Assembly: GCA_002633005.1 (NCBI GenBank)
Contig: NMRA01000178.1
Location: 131,395 to 195,394, forward strand
DNA from: Phoronis australis
Lineage: Eukaryota > Animalia > Phoronida
Reading direction: 5' to 3'
Length of the DNA: 64,000 bases
Shown here: positions 50,308 to 63,993 of the stretch, piece after piece
Layout: each line of letters begins with the position of its first letter
Position numbering within the stretch: position 1 is the first letter of the stretch
Notes under the pieces: model-generated
Seen by the model: the letters and a program-made list of their open reading frames with translations, nothing else
Database searches by the model: none
Told to the model about the DNA's origin: nothing
Position numbers and translations under genes: made by a program

Positions 50308-50723
50308 GACACTGATTAAAGCATCACAACACGTTGCTATAAGTGCCTTTTGCGCATAGAGGAACACGTACTTACGAGGCCGTCGATGTCGTTAATTCCG
50401 TCCAACTTTAACAAATACTCCCATTATCAAAGTTTTTCATTGAGCAGCCCTTCAATCAGTTCCCAAAATCGGAAACTGGCCATTTTACACAGTGCATGCC
50501 AGCGTCATACCACCCGCTGTGTGCAATGTTAAAATGGCCCAAGTTGCTGATTTGGGCAACTGAATGAAAGACTGCTCAAAGAAAAAGTTTGATTACTAGT
50601 GTATTTAAAGACTTACAACACAGCGTAATTTTTAACCAATGTAAGGCATAATTCGCCGAAAAGCTTCCAGCATATGAAGTGCCTATAGGAGCTTTACTGT
50701 CTAGAGACTGTGGTCACTGTCTA
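50308..50723. mobile_element. Foldback MITE family copy upstream of INCENP
   Basis: Partial left arm, centre GCGTCATACCACC, and right arm ending GGTCACTGTCTA. Confidence 0.8.
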
Positions 50724-53700
50724 GATTGTAGCCTACCATGTAGTGAGGGTACTAATACCCAATACCAGTCTACTTTTTGGTATGGAGGGCCTATGCCTAT
50801 ATGGGATGATAAACGTCTATACTATGTCCCAGTTGAGAAGGTGGATCTATGAGGGTACGCCACTGACAAACGTAAGCATTTTGATGCGGTGGATACTTCT
50901 TAATTGTTAAAAAAACATGTAGCTGAACTGAAACACACATTGCTAAGCTAGACATGGGAATGTCATGTAACGTGTTACCCCTAAGTTTGCATGATGTTCT
51001 GCTTTTTCAATTTCAATGTTAAAACTTAAAATGTTATTCTCTTGCTAAATTGGTTGACCAGTCGGTTACGGCAGCTTTGAGCGCCCTTAAATGGAGCCTC
51101 TACCAGACTACTGTTGTAATCATCAACATCATTCGTCCTTTATCTTTCTGTGGTGTCTTGTGATTTGTCAGTTTTATGGTTCCCGGATGCTTGTTTTATT
51201 TAAAACTGCTGGCGGGAACCCTGCTGGCAGTCTTTCAGCAAGCAATCAGGATGTCAGGGATGGGCACCTGGATTGGGTTTTACTGGAGCTTGAATAGCTG
51301 GGTTTTAACTGGTGAGTACTTCTGGAGGCCTAACTAGTGAACCTGCAGTAATACAACACTACTCTGCTGGTACAACCACAGCCACGCCGCCTCTAGCAAA
51401 AACGGCATGCAAAGCCAGCATTTTGAATAGCATTGCCATTGGCATTGGTTCGTCAGTCATGTTTGTGACTGAAGACACAGGCATAGGCTTGTGTTCTCGA
51501 AAATGGTGACAACAATATGAATTCAGCAAAATAGATCGACCATAACCTAATCAAGTGTAATGGCATGATACTGACAGCAAATTGTGAACAGTTGAAGATG
51601 ATTTCGCGCATTAGTTGACGTAATTCTACTGAATGTTTACCTTTACTGCACTCCTTCGTTCGTCCTCGTTTGAATTTCGCCACAAACGTTTACCCAATCA
51701 GAACGTAGCTTTGTAGTGACGTCATAAATCCTAGAAAAGCTCTCATTGNGATTATTAGCCAGAATTTTGCCTGTCAGACATTCGCTCCCCCAAACTGCCT
51801 AATGGAATTTGTGAGAATACACTATTACTTAGGGACCATCAGAAGCTAAAGACAATCTGAATGAAACTGTACTGTAGCATGCTGTGGTTAAGTTTCTGCG
51901 ACTTCAATATTCTACTAGGTTTTCGGTTTGATAGCAGGGCTTGATGCTTGGCATAACATCAATTCGCCAAATGCGACCTGGCAAATACCAAGTCGCCAAA
52001 CAGGAACTGAGCCAAATGAGGTCGCCAAAATAAAGAAACTTCTGGTAAAAGCCAAATACACGAATGGATCTTCAAATTGGCTGCTGTGAAGCAGTTAGAC
52101 TAAATAACAGCCATTACCATTATTCAATGAAAACTGTTTCCCAGCTATCATTTTGAAGAGGGACCTGACTATTTGACTTTACTAAAATTTCTTACGGGGT
52201 GTTGTGAACAATGTGTTCCTTGCTGAAGATGCTGGGAAGAGCCGAAAATTAGTATATAGAAATACCTGTAAAACTGGCAATCTCTGCAAGTATCCGCAAC
52301 CAATATCCTGCACAGGTTTACCTCCTAAGGCAGAAGCAGAAGTAAACGTTACATAAGCAGGCCTTTCCAATTTTTGCTGAATAATCATCTCATTGATGCT
52401 ATTTCAACATAATCTACGCTTAGCAAAGTGCAGTTGCATCACATACATTGACAACTTGAAAATGTGAAAACAAAAACATCTTCAAATAAGTAATCTTTGC
52501 ATTGATGACGTACCTCAGGGGCTCATCATGCAGTGTTATTCCCCAGCTCACCACGTCATGATACTTATTGGACACAGTTCAGTGATTTGTAGTGGATGAT
52601 TTTTGCCACAAAAGCCGTTTCTTAAAAACATTTGGTTAGACAGAAAGCCAAAGCTTTCCCAGTAGAGTCAAAGAACCAATTGAGTTGTGTGTACATTATT
52701 CATGGTTCAATAACCAAAGACCCCATTTTATGAAATATTTAAGTCGAACTGTAGCTACGACGGTCACAGGCACATTGTTGCAAATGCAATAGAGCATTTT
52801 TTGTTAGAGTGAAACATTGCAACTGGTAATTATTCACATTCAGACTTCATAAGCCTTGTTAATTAACAATATAGTAATTATAATCTAAGTTTGTAGCCGT
52901 ATTAGTTAAGACTCGTTTTACAACCTCTGATACAGTGGTGTCCTCTGGTGGTAAGTTCAGTAGTGAATAAGTGGGAAACATGAATGATAATTCGTATTAT
53001 GATGGTTCAAAATATTAAATATAAATATAAAGGACTTTGAAGTTAGTGCCGGATTTTTCACATAAATGTTTGTTGACTGTTTTGTGGGACAAGTCCTCAT
53101 GATATGTTCAGTCAGTATTACTCGCACTGGTTTGATTTACACTTACTGCTCATACCTCAGGCTATAGTGACAAGTCAACTGGCTGTTTGGTATCCACAGG
53201 AACCCATCTTGTGTAGTGTATTGTGTACAGGTATTCTCAGCTGCTTGCGTTCTAGTGGTAAATGATTATGAACCTAGGATTAAAGATGCTATTTTTCATA
53301 AAAACCACCGTGACTATTTAAAGTTATAGCAAGTGCCACCTTGTGACTTGGAGAACTGTGTGTACAAGTATAATCAGATAAAGAAATAATTTGTAAATAA
53401 AATGTGGCTGTAGAGAAAACACATCAACTGATGGACTTGAAAACAAGTGTGAATATATAGAAAACTCTAGTAATTCCAAGTATTATGCAATCGTTATTTG
53501 ATAGTGAAAAACTGTGCCTTGTTTTATAAGAATAAGGATGACATATTACCATAGCAATTTACATAAAAATAGCCTCGTAATATGATACTTGTGAAATTGT
53601 GTTGGTAACTGATTCTCGGATAGTTTCCGGCACACCGGAAAACCCCGGGGTTGTTTGTAAACTAGTACTTCATTAGCATATTCGCAATTTAATGAGGCAT

Positions 53701-54322
53701 AGCATCTTTATCATATACAATGTATTCATATGTAGTGCAATGTTCTTGCACTTATTTTAAAAGTTGTTTAAAAATGGGTGGGAGGATGATTAAAGTCAAT
53801 GCCATCAGTGTTGTGGTTTTCCCTGAACTTTTGTTAGGAATATTTTGGTGATAGGATAATTAGATGATTAACTTTGATAAGGTAACCAGGTTGTAACTGC
53901 AGTGCAGGGCACTTTCCATAAACATTGAGACTACTTTAATCAAAGTTGTAATAACTGTCGATGAAAGCAATGAGTATGGGGGGGTGGGGGTTGGCAGTGG
54001 CAGTCAAGTTTGAGTGTGGGACTCAAAAGCCTGGTTAGAACACCGTGTATGTGTATGGGTTGGAGGTTATTTTGGATATCTTGGTTGAGGTCAGCGATGG
54101 GAGAATGTTATTGTTACTGACACTAATACTAGGGTAGTTTTGAAACTGTTTTTATCATTAGGTTCTGAAGTAGGTGATCTATAGCAAACAATAGTTTGTG
54201 GTTTAAATCAGCTGACAACTGCCAGTCACCTGACCCTGGAATGGTTGTAACACAAGGAGGCTCAGCATGGTGTCTGTTTGACAGTCTCTCTGTTTACCAT
54301 AAACATTCGGGTTAGTATCCAG

Positions 54323-54699
54323 TGCCAGATTGCATGAAAGAACAGTCCCTATTAGGGACTCTACTAAGTTTCCCAAATCTTTTGCGTATTTGTGTTGTTC
54401 TTTGCTCACGGATGTCATCTTTCACTATCTTGTCTTTATTGTGAGTTCCTCTTTGACTAATTACATTTTTTAATGATATAACTAAAATCTGAGCCCTTAG
54501 TTTCATGAAAATAAACATGGACTTTGTTCTTAAATTAGGGGTGTTGCATGAAAAGATCTTTGTTTTTTTAATGACATTGAGAATACACTTTGACTTAGTA
54601 TTGAAACTAAAGCAGCATAAAAAGAACAAGTCCACAAATATTCAGTTTTTAGGGAACTTAGTTGAGTCCCTATATGAGACTGTTTCATGCAACCAGGCA
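54323..54699. mobile_element. MITE with ~55-bp TIRs
   Basis: TGCCAGATTGCATGAAAGAACAGTCCCTATTAGGGACTCTACTAAGTT versus AACTTAGTTGAGTCCCTATATGAGACTGTTTCATGCAACCAGGCA. Confidence 0.75.
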
Positions 54700-57076
54700 T
54701 AGGGTGCTTAAATTGGTGAGCCTGGAAATTGGAGGGGTGCGGGTTCTTAATCCTGATTTGAGCGCTTAAATTGGAATTTTAAGAAATTTGGGATTAGAGT
54801 TTACCCAAACGTTGGCACTTAAGTTGAACCAGACAGTGGTCCTGGCCAACTATGACATTAAAATTGAAGTTCCCAGTCCTGAACTTCTAAGAATTTGCCG
54901 CGAGACCAGTTGTTTCAATGCTAAAGTTAGATGAGACCAGTTGATGATACTAAAGTTGGATCAGCACTCTCTAGTCAACACGTTCAGTCGAGTCGCTAAT
55001 TATGCAACTTGAAATAGAAGAAAGTAATCATTGGCACTGAATCCATGCCATGTATAGAAAAAAATTGGTCTATCATTAGGTATTAGGTCCATTCACCTGC
55101 GCACAATTGTCGCGTAAATGCCCGCATAAATACTCGGAAACTCTCTATTCTTCATTAATGGTATTCTTGATTGCATTTGAATGCTTGGAATAACGCTTTT
55201 CTCCGGTGGGGAAAATTTAGTGGCTATATTACGGCTACCAACTGTGTTATTTGATACGCCACGGCGAATATCAATTGAAACGATTATCCAAACGGAATCC
55301 TCACTTTGCATATCCGAAACCACATTTCCCATTTCCCGCAGAGTTGAAAAAAAGTGTTGACTGAAAAATGTATGCGCTTCTTGATTTCTTTGTCCAGTGA
55401 GTCCCAGGTCTCTGGAGGGCTGTACGGGACCAGGAGGGATAGAGTGATGTATGCCCCATGGGCGAAATGACTAGAGGTAATTTATTGTAGGTTTTCAGTG
55501 TTTTGAGATATCTAAAACCGCTGCCAGGAAACTGTCACATTTGCCCCCTGGGTGTGAATCCACCTTATCCACGATGGGTTTACTGACAGCATTTTTACAA
55601 ATTCTTCACCGTCCAGTTTAACTCCATTGGTGTTGATGTCCAGAAACACAAGAGCACAAGTAACTTAAGTCATCAACTTGGAAAAGCACTCAACACATGA
55701 GATCACTCACATTAATGGAATTAAAAGCAGATTTAGGTAAACAATTAATACATGGATTTTCCAGTTAAGCATATGAATGAGGCTATTAAGTGACCCTGAC
55801 TTCTGGAGTAAACAAGGCCCGGAATGTGCCATTTGGCTTGTAAAGTGAGAGAAAAGAAGGGTTCTTTTAATGCACTTCATAGGTTACCAAATGAGATGCC
55901 CCCAGTGATGCCGTAAGTGGAACGTGTAATTACACTGTGACCTAAAATTCCCGCTTTTGAAGACGGGCCTTGCTATTTTGAAAACCAGTTCTGTTAAGCA
56001 GATTGCAGGTGAGTGCTAGTCCAAGCACTTAATTCAAAGAATTTCAGAAGTCTGGTATAGGCGTTAAAACGAATATTTACGGTATGTTACAACCAGCTTC
56101 ACCCAATGGCTGTTTTTACCAGTCAAGTTATAGGAACACCCTGCTGATATGAAGCACTGATTAAGTGAAATCTCAAATAACCAGGAACTAGTTGTCTGAC
56201 TTTCAAATAATTATGACACTTGAACTGCATTCGCAAATAGCCTAAAAATAAGATGACTGAGTAATTTTCATTCACCACTTCTGAGTGTGACTTGGCTTAT
56301 TTTCCTGGTTCTTGTCCTAGGTTATTGCTTCTTACAAGGACTGGGTTCATCATTGCAATTGCTGGGTGGAAAATTGTCTCATGAAGTGCTCTTGTTTTGT
56401 TTTAAGGTTATGTAGGACCAACTTCTGACTGTCATGTCTCAGTAGTGGCTGAGTGGATTCACATGTAACTTTCACACACTTAATGTGCGTTGTTCTCCAA
56501 ATATCTGTAAGGAATGGTTTTAAATGTTCCAATTTTGCTTGTGGTGTTATCAAAAATAGGATTTACATATGATTTTTGTGAAAAAACTTCCAAAGAAATT
56601 AAATGAATTTAGAAAACTGTATCAAGAATGTTTTTGAGATTTTATGTTGAAATTTTGTCATGTTATATATCCTGTTGTTTTGCTATGAATGTACCTCTGT
56701 TTTTTTGCTAATTTTTTTTGAAAACGTGGTCACGTGATCTTATTGATGTCAGATTGGTATAAAGTCAGATATCAAATTCTACGGGAAGAGCGGCAGAGCA
56801 AGTTGCACTCTATCAGGTGTTCCAGTTTCAACTACACTTCTAAATACAACTGGAGCAGGGTGGAAAGGGATCATCTTTCAATGCAACAGTGTATATAGGG
56901 TGATCCACTGGTGTTCCACATGGTTTGGACGTTCACTTTTGTTTATATGCAAGCATGCGCAGACAGTCTTTGTGTGAATGACTCATGCTGATCCAGTTTA
57001 TGATCTAGTGTCGATCTAATGTCGTGTAAATGCGACTTAAGTGGAGCAAATCTGTGACAGCTAGCATCGTGACATC

Positions 57077-57286
57077 TACCGTAATCGTTCGGGTTAACGC
57101 CCATGTTCAGTTAACCGCCCATCCCCGACTTTAAGTGGATTTCCGATTTAACCGCCCACTGCTCGGTTAACCGCCCTCCCCCGATTTTTTAAGAGTTCCA
57201 GTTAAGCGCCCACCTCTCGGTTAAGCGCCCACCCCGACTTTTAAAGAATGAAGATTTAGCGCCTAGTGCTAAGGAAACGCGCGATT
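57077..57286. mobile_element. Left end of a TA-CCGTA-terminated (Tc1/pogo-type) non-autonomous element, truncated by the gap
   Basis: TACCGTAA terminus followed by about six TTAA(C/G)CGCCC subterminal repeats. Confidence 0.55.
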
Positions 57287-57608
57287 NNNNNNNNNNNNNN
57301 NNNNNNNNNNNNNNNNNNNNNNNNNNNNNNNNNNNNNNNNNNNNNNNNNNNNNNNNNNNNNNNNNNNNNNNNNNNNNNNNNNNNNNNNNNNNNNNNNNNN
57401 NNNNNNNNNNNNNNNNNNNNNNNNNNNNNNNNNNNNNNNNNNNNNNNNNNNNNNNNNNNNNNNNNNNNNNNNNNNNNNNNNNNNNNNNNNNNNNNNNNNN
57501 NNNNNNNNNNNNNNNNNNNNNNNNNNNNNNNNNNNNNNNNNNNNNNNNNNNNNNNNNNNNNNNNNNNNNNNNNNNNNNNNNNNNNNNNNNNNNNNNNNNN
57601 NNNNNNNN
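57287..57608. other. Assembly gap
   Basis: Run of N. Confidence 1.
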
Positions 57609-58273
57609 ATCTTACATGGTCAAGTGACTCAATTAATGACAGAGTATATAAGTTTAAAGTCAAATTTTACTATATATCTTACATGGTCAAGTGACTCAAT
57701 TAATGACAGAGTATATAAGTTTAAAGTCAAATGTTATTATACATCTTACATGGTCAAGTGACTCAATTAATGACAGAGTATATAAGTTTAAAGTCAAATT
57801 TTACTCTACATCTTACATGGTCAAGTGACTCAATTAATGACAGAGTATATAAGTTTAAAGTCAAATGTTACTATACATCTTACATGGTCAAGTGACTCAA
57901 TTAATGACAGAGTATATAAGTTTAAAGTCAAATTTTACTATACATCTTACATGGTCAAGTGACTCAATTAATGACAGAGTATATAAGTTTAAAGTCAAAT
58001 GTTACTATACATCTTACATGGTCAAGTGACTCAATTAATGACAGAGTATATAAGTTTAAAGTCAAAGTTTACTATACATCTTACATGGTCAAGTGACTCA
58101 ATTAATGACAGAGTATATAAGTTTAAAGTCAAATGTTACTATACATCTTACATGGTCAAGTGACTCAATTAATGACAGAGTATATAAGTTTAAAGTCAAA
58201 TTTTACTATACATCTTACATGGTCAAGTGACTCAATTAATGACAGAGTATATAAGTTTAAAGTCAAATGTTAC
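57609..58273. repeat. 67-bp satellite, ~10 visible copies, 134-bp higher-order dimer
   Basis: Unit ATCTTACATGGTCAAGTGACTCAATTAATGACAGAGTATATAAGTTTAAAGTCAAAT(T/G)TTACTATAC. No spacers. Confidence 0.97.
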
Positions 58274-58749
58274 AATACAAAGAGGGATAATTTCTGTAGA
58301 TATTTGGTTAAATACACAGACTTGTCGATAGGAACCTACAAAACCTTAAAACAGTATTAAGGAAAGGATAAGAGAGAACAATTGGAATAGAAGGGCAGTG
58401 GGATGAAATTGACCATTGGTCAGTATATGCTAAAATAAGAAAAACTTAAAAGTGTTTTTTACACTTACAAAGTTGACACGGATCAGCTGACACAGAACTG
58501 TCAAGAATGACTTCTTGACGATTTTATCTATTCTGAGAATTGTGCCTTATTTGGGCCCACCTACACGTTTAATACTATTGGTTAGTTTAACTCCTCCTAC
58601 TCATACCACGTGATTACTACACGTGGCTGCATGACTGCATTATTATATTGTAGTTTCCGTGCAAATAAAATCAGTTGTTCTTTTAACCTTACACGAACCA
58701 GTTATCATTTTTGCTCTCCCAATTCGTTCCACACAGGAACAAGTTGTTC

Positions 58750-59080
58750 CAGTGTGTAAACGGACTGACACGGAGCAAATTGACACCGCGGTGACAAATT
58801 TTTGCCACCCGTTTGTGAGGTAGAGCAATTTGCGCACGAACATCTTGCGCCGTGTCAATTATAAGTCTAAAAGCGAAACTAGAGCAATGTGGAAAGGATC
58901 ATCTCTACTGCGCTTGTGCAATGACCTACGTAGGGGTTCTTTGTCTCTGCAACTCTTGTCATTTGTAAACCTGCGCATGTGCGATCCAGTCTTTCCAGCC
59001 TTTAATCTTCGTCTTGCCAGGGTTAGTGAGTTGTGTGTGTAAACGGTCACACGGTCAATTTGCTCCTTGTCAGTTGCACT
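58750..59080. mobile_element. Probable MITE with inverted repeats
   Basis: ACTGACACGGAGCAAATTGAC (~58763) is inverted to GTCAATTTGCTCCTTGTCAGT (~59053). GTGTAAACGG is repeated. Confidence 0.5.
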
Positions 59081-60655
59081 GGGCCAAAAATTGATGTCTA
59101 AATGGGACTATGGTTAATAAGACTGTTGTGGTCCTATTGTATACATTGAATTCGTATATATCTGTGTTTTGTAAAGGTTCTTTAGGTTGTTAATTGTTTC
59201 ATTTTGGGGATTAAAATTCTGACAAATGTTGCTCACCATGTTGTCACTGGGTAAAATGGCTGTTACTTAGTAGGAATGTGTTGATAGAAAATGCCAGATT
59301 CTGTCTGTTGTGTGTCTCATGGGTTGTTTTGTTGACATTGTAGTGGTCACATGGCGACCACATGTCCCAGTCAAATTCTGCAGGAAATGACCAGTCTGGT
59401 TCATGTTAACCAGAACTATTTAACTACACCATTTCATAGTTTTCTGTTAAAACAAACATCGCTTTCTTAGATCAGTAAGATTTTTCATTGCTCGTGTGAT
59501 ACATCTTTACACAGTGATTAAGGTGAATGGTGCAGACTCGGCTTTAGATTCACTTGCTAGTTACATTTTTATTTTTTGAATTATGTGTTCTATAATAGCG
59601 AGTACCAGCATATGTTAATGAAAACAATGATGTATTTAAACCAGTTTGATATCTCAAGCCAGTTTAAATCTATCAATGTTATTATTAACTAATGCGTTTT
59701 ACAGGTACAGTGCTCAATTTTGTGACCTGCAGGTAGCCAATGCGACCTCAGATTGTGTTTGGCCAGCTGGGAAAAATTCCAAGTCGCCACGAATTTGCGA
59801 CTGCGAGTATCAAAGTCGTTGTCCTATTTTACCAGTCTAAACAGCGTCCCCCTGTCTTCGAACGAATCATTTGATGCAACTGCTAGGATGAGGAATAATC
59901 AAAATGCCGTCTTTTGCTGTCGTCTTCGTTATATATGTGTACTAGCTTCCTTCGTTTCACACGGTGATTAATGTCAAATTTGGGAAAACTGATCGGTTTT
60001 GGACAACCTACATCTTTCTCATAAACCGAGCCTACAATGAACTCCAGAGATGCGTCAAGACCAATGACGCCAGTAGTTATATCAGCAGTTTCCCCAACAA
60101 TCCAAGAAATATTCTTTGCCCTGAACCGCCCAAACTACTGGAGATGGGGAACATTGTGGGAATAATGAGTACTGATAGTTTTTCAGTTTATGACTGTTCA
60201 GGACGCCCTTTGTATTGAAGTAGATCTGAGCTAATGAAGCCCAAAGGTAATTGCTAGTATTACTGTCTCAACAATGGTTGTTGTTAGTACCTCCAATTTG
60301 GTTTTCTTTGACATTTGCAGAGTTATAGCCTGTAACTCTGGAGAGTAGTTTTAACTTGGTACATTATAAATATTACAAAATGACTAAAAAGGTTAACTTG
60401 TGTTTATCTTCACAAAGGGCCACTTTCCAAAGGAACATTATGTTTCGTATTGGTTTTCTTTATTTAATTTTTAATGCTTCTGCCCACTTGTTTTTTTTCT
60501 TACCGGAAACGGGTTGATGACTTTTTATCTAAGTTTTGAACTTGAAGTACCAAAGCAGTGGTAGATTTTGATCGCCAGCTAAACTTAATTAGTTAAGCCC
60601 ATCCCTAAACTTACCACATTACAGGTACACTAAACATTTCACGTGTCATTAAAGT

Positions 60656-61917
60656 CAGGGCTCAACACTAACGGTTGCCCGATTGCCCGTGTACATGTAG
60701 ATTTTGCGTCGGGCAAGTGGAATTTGAAAAGTACTTGCCCGATGGGCAAGTTAAAAAGCTAGCTGCATAGGCAAGGAGATCCTAAGATTGTCTGCTCGAC
60801 ATCTGCTCCAAAGTAACGAACCCCGACACAACCCTAAAAACCTTCGAAAAAGCCCCTGTGGCCGCCAAAGAAACTCCAGTCTTCGAATGAGCACCGAAAG
60901 GAAAATAGAACGAGTGTGATGCAACGTGCACAGATGACGCTCGCGGTCAAATCCTTTCGATTCTCTGAACGTGCCTGCAGTTTCTGGATAAGTTGTCACG
61001 TGATACTACTGATCGTCTGCACTCTGGCAAAACGTCTAAACATGGAAGACGTCCAGGCCTGGACAGCATTGGTTTAGTTGCTAAAAAACGACTTCAGGAA
61101 GAATCAAAGCAATAATATGAAACGAAAAGTGCGGGGATGGGTTCCGTCATGGGAAATTAGGTTTTCTGGCCTGCGAGACAATGAACAAGGGATGACGTTT
61201 GATTTTTGCCGGCGTTTACCTATGTACAGCTGGAAGCACCGCGTTCGTCAGCGGATGTAAGTCATGCAGATAAGCGCTAAAGCTAAAAAGTGAATGATTG
61301 AGAACATATTTTCTACACTACACAGCAGTTTAAAAGGCCTGGGGGAATTCCAAAGGACATTCTTATGAATTCCCGGCTCCCGAAAGAAGAGGAATACGGT
61401 CTTCGGGATTGCCGCTCTGAAGCCGGTCTGAAGGGTGACTTTTTCGCGGTCTATCTATTTTTCAAAAATGTAATTATTTATTGAAAATAAAGGTATATGT
61501 GGCATTATTATATGTTAAAATTTGATTTTAATTTAATACAAGCTACCGATGACCAAAACTGTGCAAGATTTTTACGGATAGCAAAAAATGAAATTCAGGT
61601 TAGCAACTACTCAAGTTGAATGCAGGAGGGCGTATAAACTAATGAATACACAGAAGTGTCCAGAGTTCATGCCCTAGCTCATTTCGGCGCCTGTGAACGT
61701 GTGACAATGGTTCAGATACCATAGTTACTCTTCTAATTTGTCTCTCTAGTGTTTTGACACACCTTATAGATAAATGTTCTATAAGAAGAATCGTTAAAAA
61801 ATAGCAACTCATGTATATAGCGTGCACAACACAAGAGGAGGCTCAGCACAGGCAGCCCTACGGTAACAACTACTTGCCCGAGGGGCAAGTGGCTTAAAAA
61901 GTTAATGTTGAGCCCTG
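60656..61917 (+). mobile_element. Internally deleted hAT-like transposon with 5-bp TSD and a transposase zinc-finger remnant
   Basis: TIR CAGGGCTCAACA(C/T)TAAC. Flanks AAAGT on both sides. TTGCCCG/GGGCAAG subterminal repeats. RKVRGWVPSWEIRFSGLRDNEQGMTFDFCRRLP (~61120-61220) resembles a decayed TTF-type zinc finger. Confidence 0.8.
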
Positions 61918-63479
61918 AAAGTTTAATCTTTATTAGAACTCAAATCATAAAATATATACATAAGTGCAAATATGGTGATAACCAAACTGACTTTGGAATC
62001 TCTGGACAATTTCGATGGCACTGACTATATAACCATTCTTGCTCTTTGTCAGAAATAAAAATGAAAAGTGGGCACAACAACTGTTTCTTGGTCAAAAATC
62101 TGGTTAAATGAGATTGAAAGAATATTTAAAAAATGAATCCATGTGATATGTTATCTCTCATCAGCGTTTGTATATCCACCAAGTGTATCAATACGCGCGG
62201 TGGTTTATCTTCAATTGTACCCAATGGTTGTAGTTTTTAGATTATTAGTTCATCGATTTTTAAAAATCGAAAACCGTACTTGGTTGTTTTTTTTCCAGCT
62301 GAATACCGCCGTGGTGAAAATTCACCATTATGTACACTCAGAGATGTCTAATACAGTTTATGGTCGGATAATTATATTTAATTGGGTCTTGCTCGCATCG
62401 TAATGCGGTCATCACAATTGTACCTGATTCTGGTGCCGCGCTCTCTTTTATGCTGGTACGAGCCACTCTGAAGGACAATCGTTGAAAATTTCCGCATATC
62501 TTGAGAAATGCGTGACTTCCTTGCAAGCGTATTATTCACGGTATGAAAGATAGGATATAAATGGACAACAACAAGATTGTTACATCTACTGGTGCTACTA
62601 AGTACAATGACAAATGTTTTAGTAATAATTTTTAATTTGCTTCCGATTCAAAGTGCTTCACGTGGCATCGGGCCGTACTCAGCCAAATTCGCCCGAGTGC
62701 CGCTGTTTGTGTAGATGACAAGATCGTGCATACGATAAGAGGAGGCTTTATGTTATTCATAAACTACGCGCGTGATGGCTACACCAAAGGATAACAAGGG
62801 AGTCTAGAAATGAATGCCTATACCTAAGCATAAAAGTCTAGCCCTACGACATAAGTAAGCTACATGTATATAGCAACGAGAAAGCTCCCAAAAATAAGTT
62901 TGACGTGAATGCCTCAAACTCGGCAAAGAAACCAAACAGTAGAAAACAGATTTGTTATTCTGCTATTTTGGTTAGTTTGCATAGTACAGTAGAAGTGTAG
63001 GCATTTTTAAATTTTGAATTGAAAGTGATCGTCAAGTTGTTCATCCAGTGTACACTTTGATTGTGGATTGGTGGATTGACATCTATGCATGTGCACGTGT
63101 CAGCGTTTCTGTTCTTTTAAATTCAGTGAGTCCATTACAGGCAGTCCTCTGTCATGCTCAAAATCCAGACTTTCAGCTACCATGTTTTCTTGCACTGAGA
63201 ATACCTGTCGACCATATACACGTTATGATGGTCAATGAAAATCTTCTCTAGTCAATCAATGTCAATGGTGCACAACCCTGCAGACTTCATACGAGCTACA
63301 AACTTGATGGAAAAGATTTTCAAGGTTCCATGTCACTATGACGAAAGTTCAGTACTCCAAAGGTTCGTTACTTTCTAAAGTTCACTACATTGAACTTCCA
63401 CTATTCCAAAACTCCGGCAGTTCTCTACTCTTAATTGTGTGATCACGACTGGTATTCTCAAGCAGAGATAACATCTGGG

Positions 63480-63993
63480 CAGGCCTTTATGCAGCGTAGG
63501 TCCTTTGCGTCCAAATGGACGCCCTAGCATTAATCTGGCTGCCCTGGCAAGGACGCCCAATGTATCATTTGGACGCCCAATGTATCATTTGGACGCCCAA
63601 TATCAATAGGAACCTTTCAAGTTTGGACTCGCACATTGTAATGAATACTAGGAAGCCTCCGAAGGCTTACAGTGGAGGCTCTTTTTTTAAAGCTGGAATA
63701 AATATACAATGTATATACAAAGTATATGCATTGTTGCTATTTTGACACTTGATTGACAGCATTGTAAAAGTCTTGGTCTACACAGTTTTTTTAAGTAAAA
63801 ATGCTCACCATAGAAGGCGGTTTTATAAACTTAGATGTCAAAACCTTGATCTATGCATTTTTTTGTAAAAAAATCTGTGTGTTTGGGGGTATTGCTGGGG
63901 ATGGGGGGGTTACGCGTCGGAATCATGGATGCCCTGGAATATTGGGAACCCCATTTTGGACACCCTATTTTCTAAATTCTGGATGAAGGCCTG
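63480..63993. mobile_element. hAT MITE with probable 8-bp TSD
   Basis: TIR CAGGCCTTTATGCAG / CTGGATGAAGGCCTG. Flanks CATCTGGG / CATCTGG (window ends). GGACGCCC subterminal repeats. Confidence 0.8.

Noticed and set aside
57256-57694. ORFs spanning N
   Set aside because: Gap artefacts.
57609-58273. CRISPR-like array
   Set aside because: No unique spacers, no cas genes and a eukaryotic context. It is a plain satellite.
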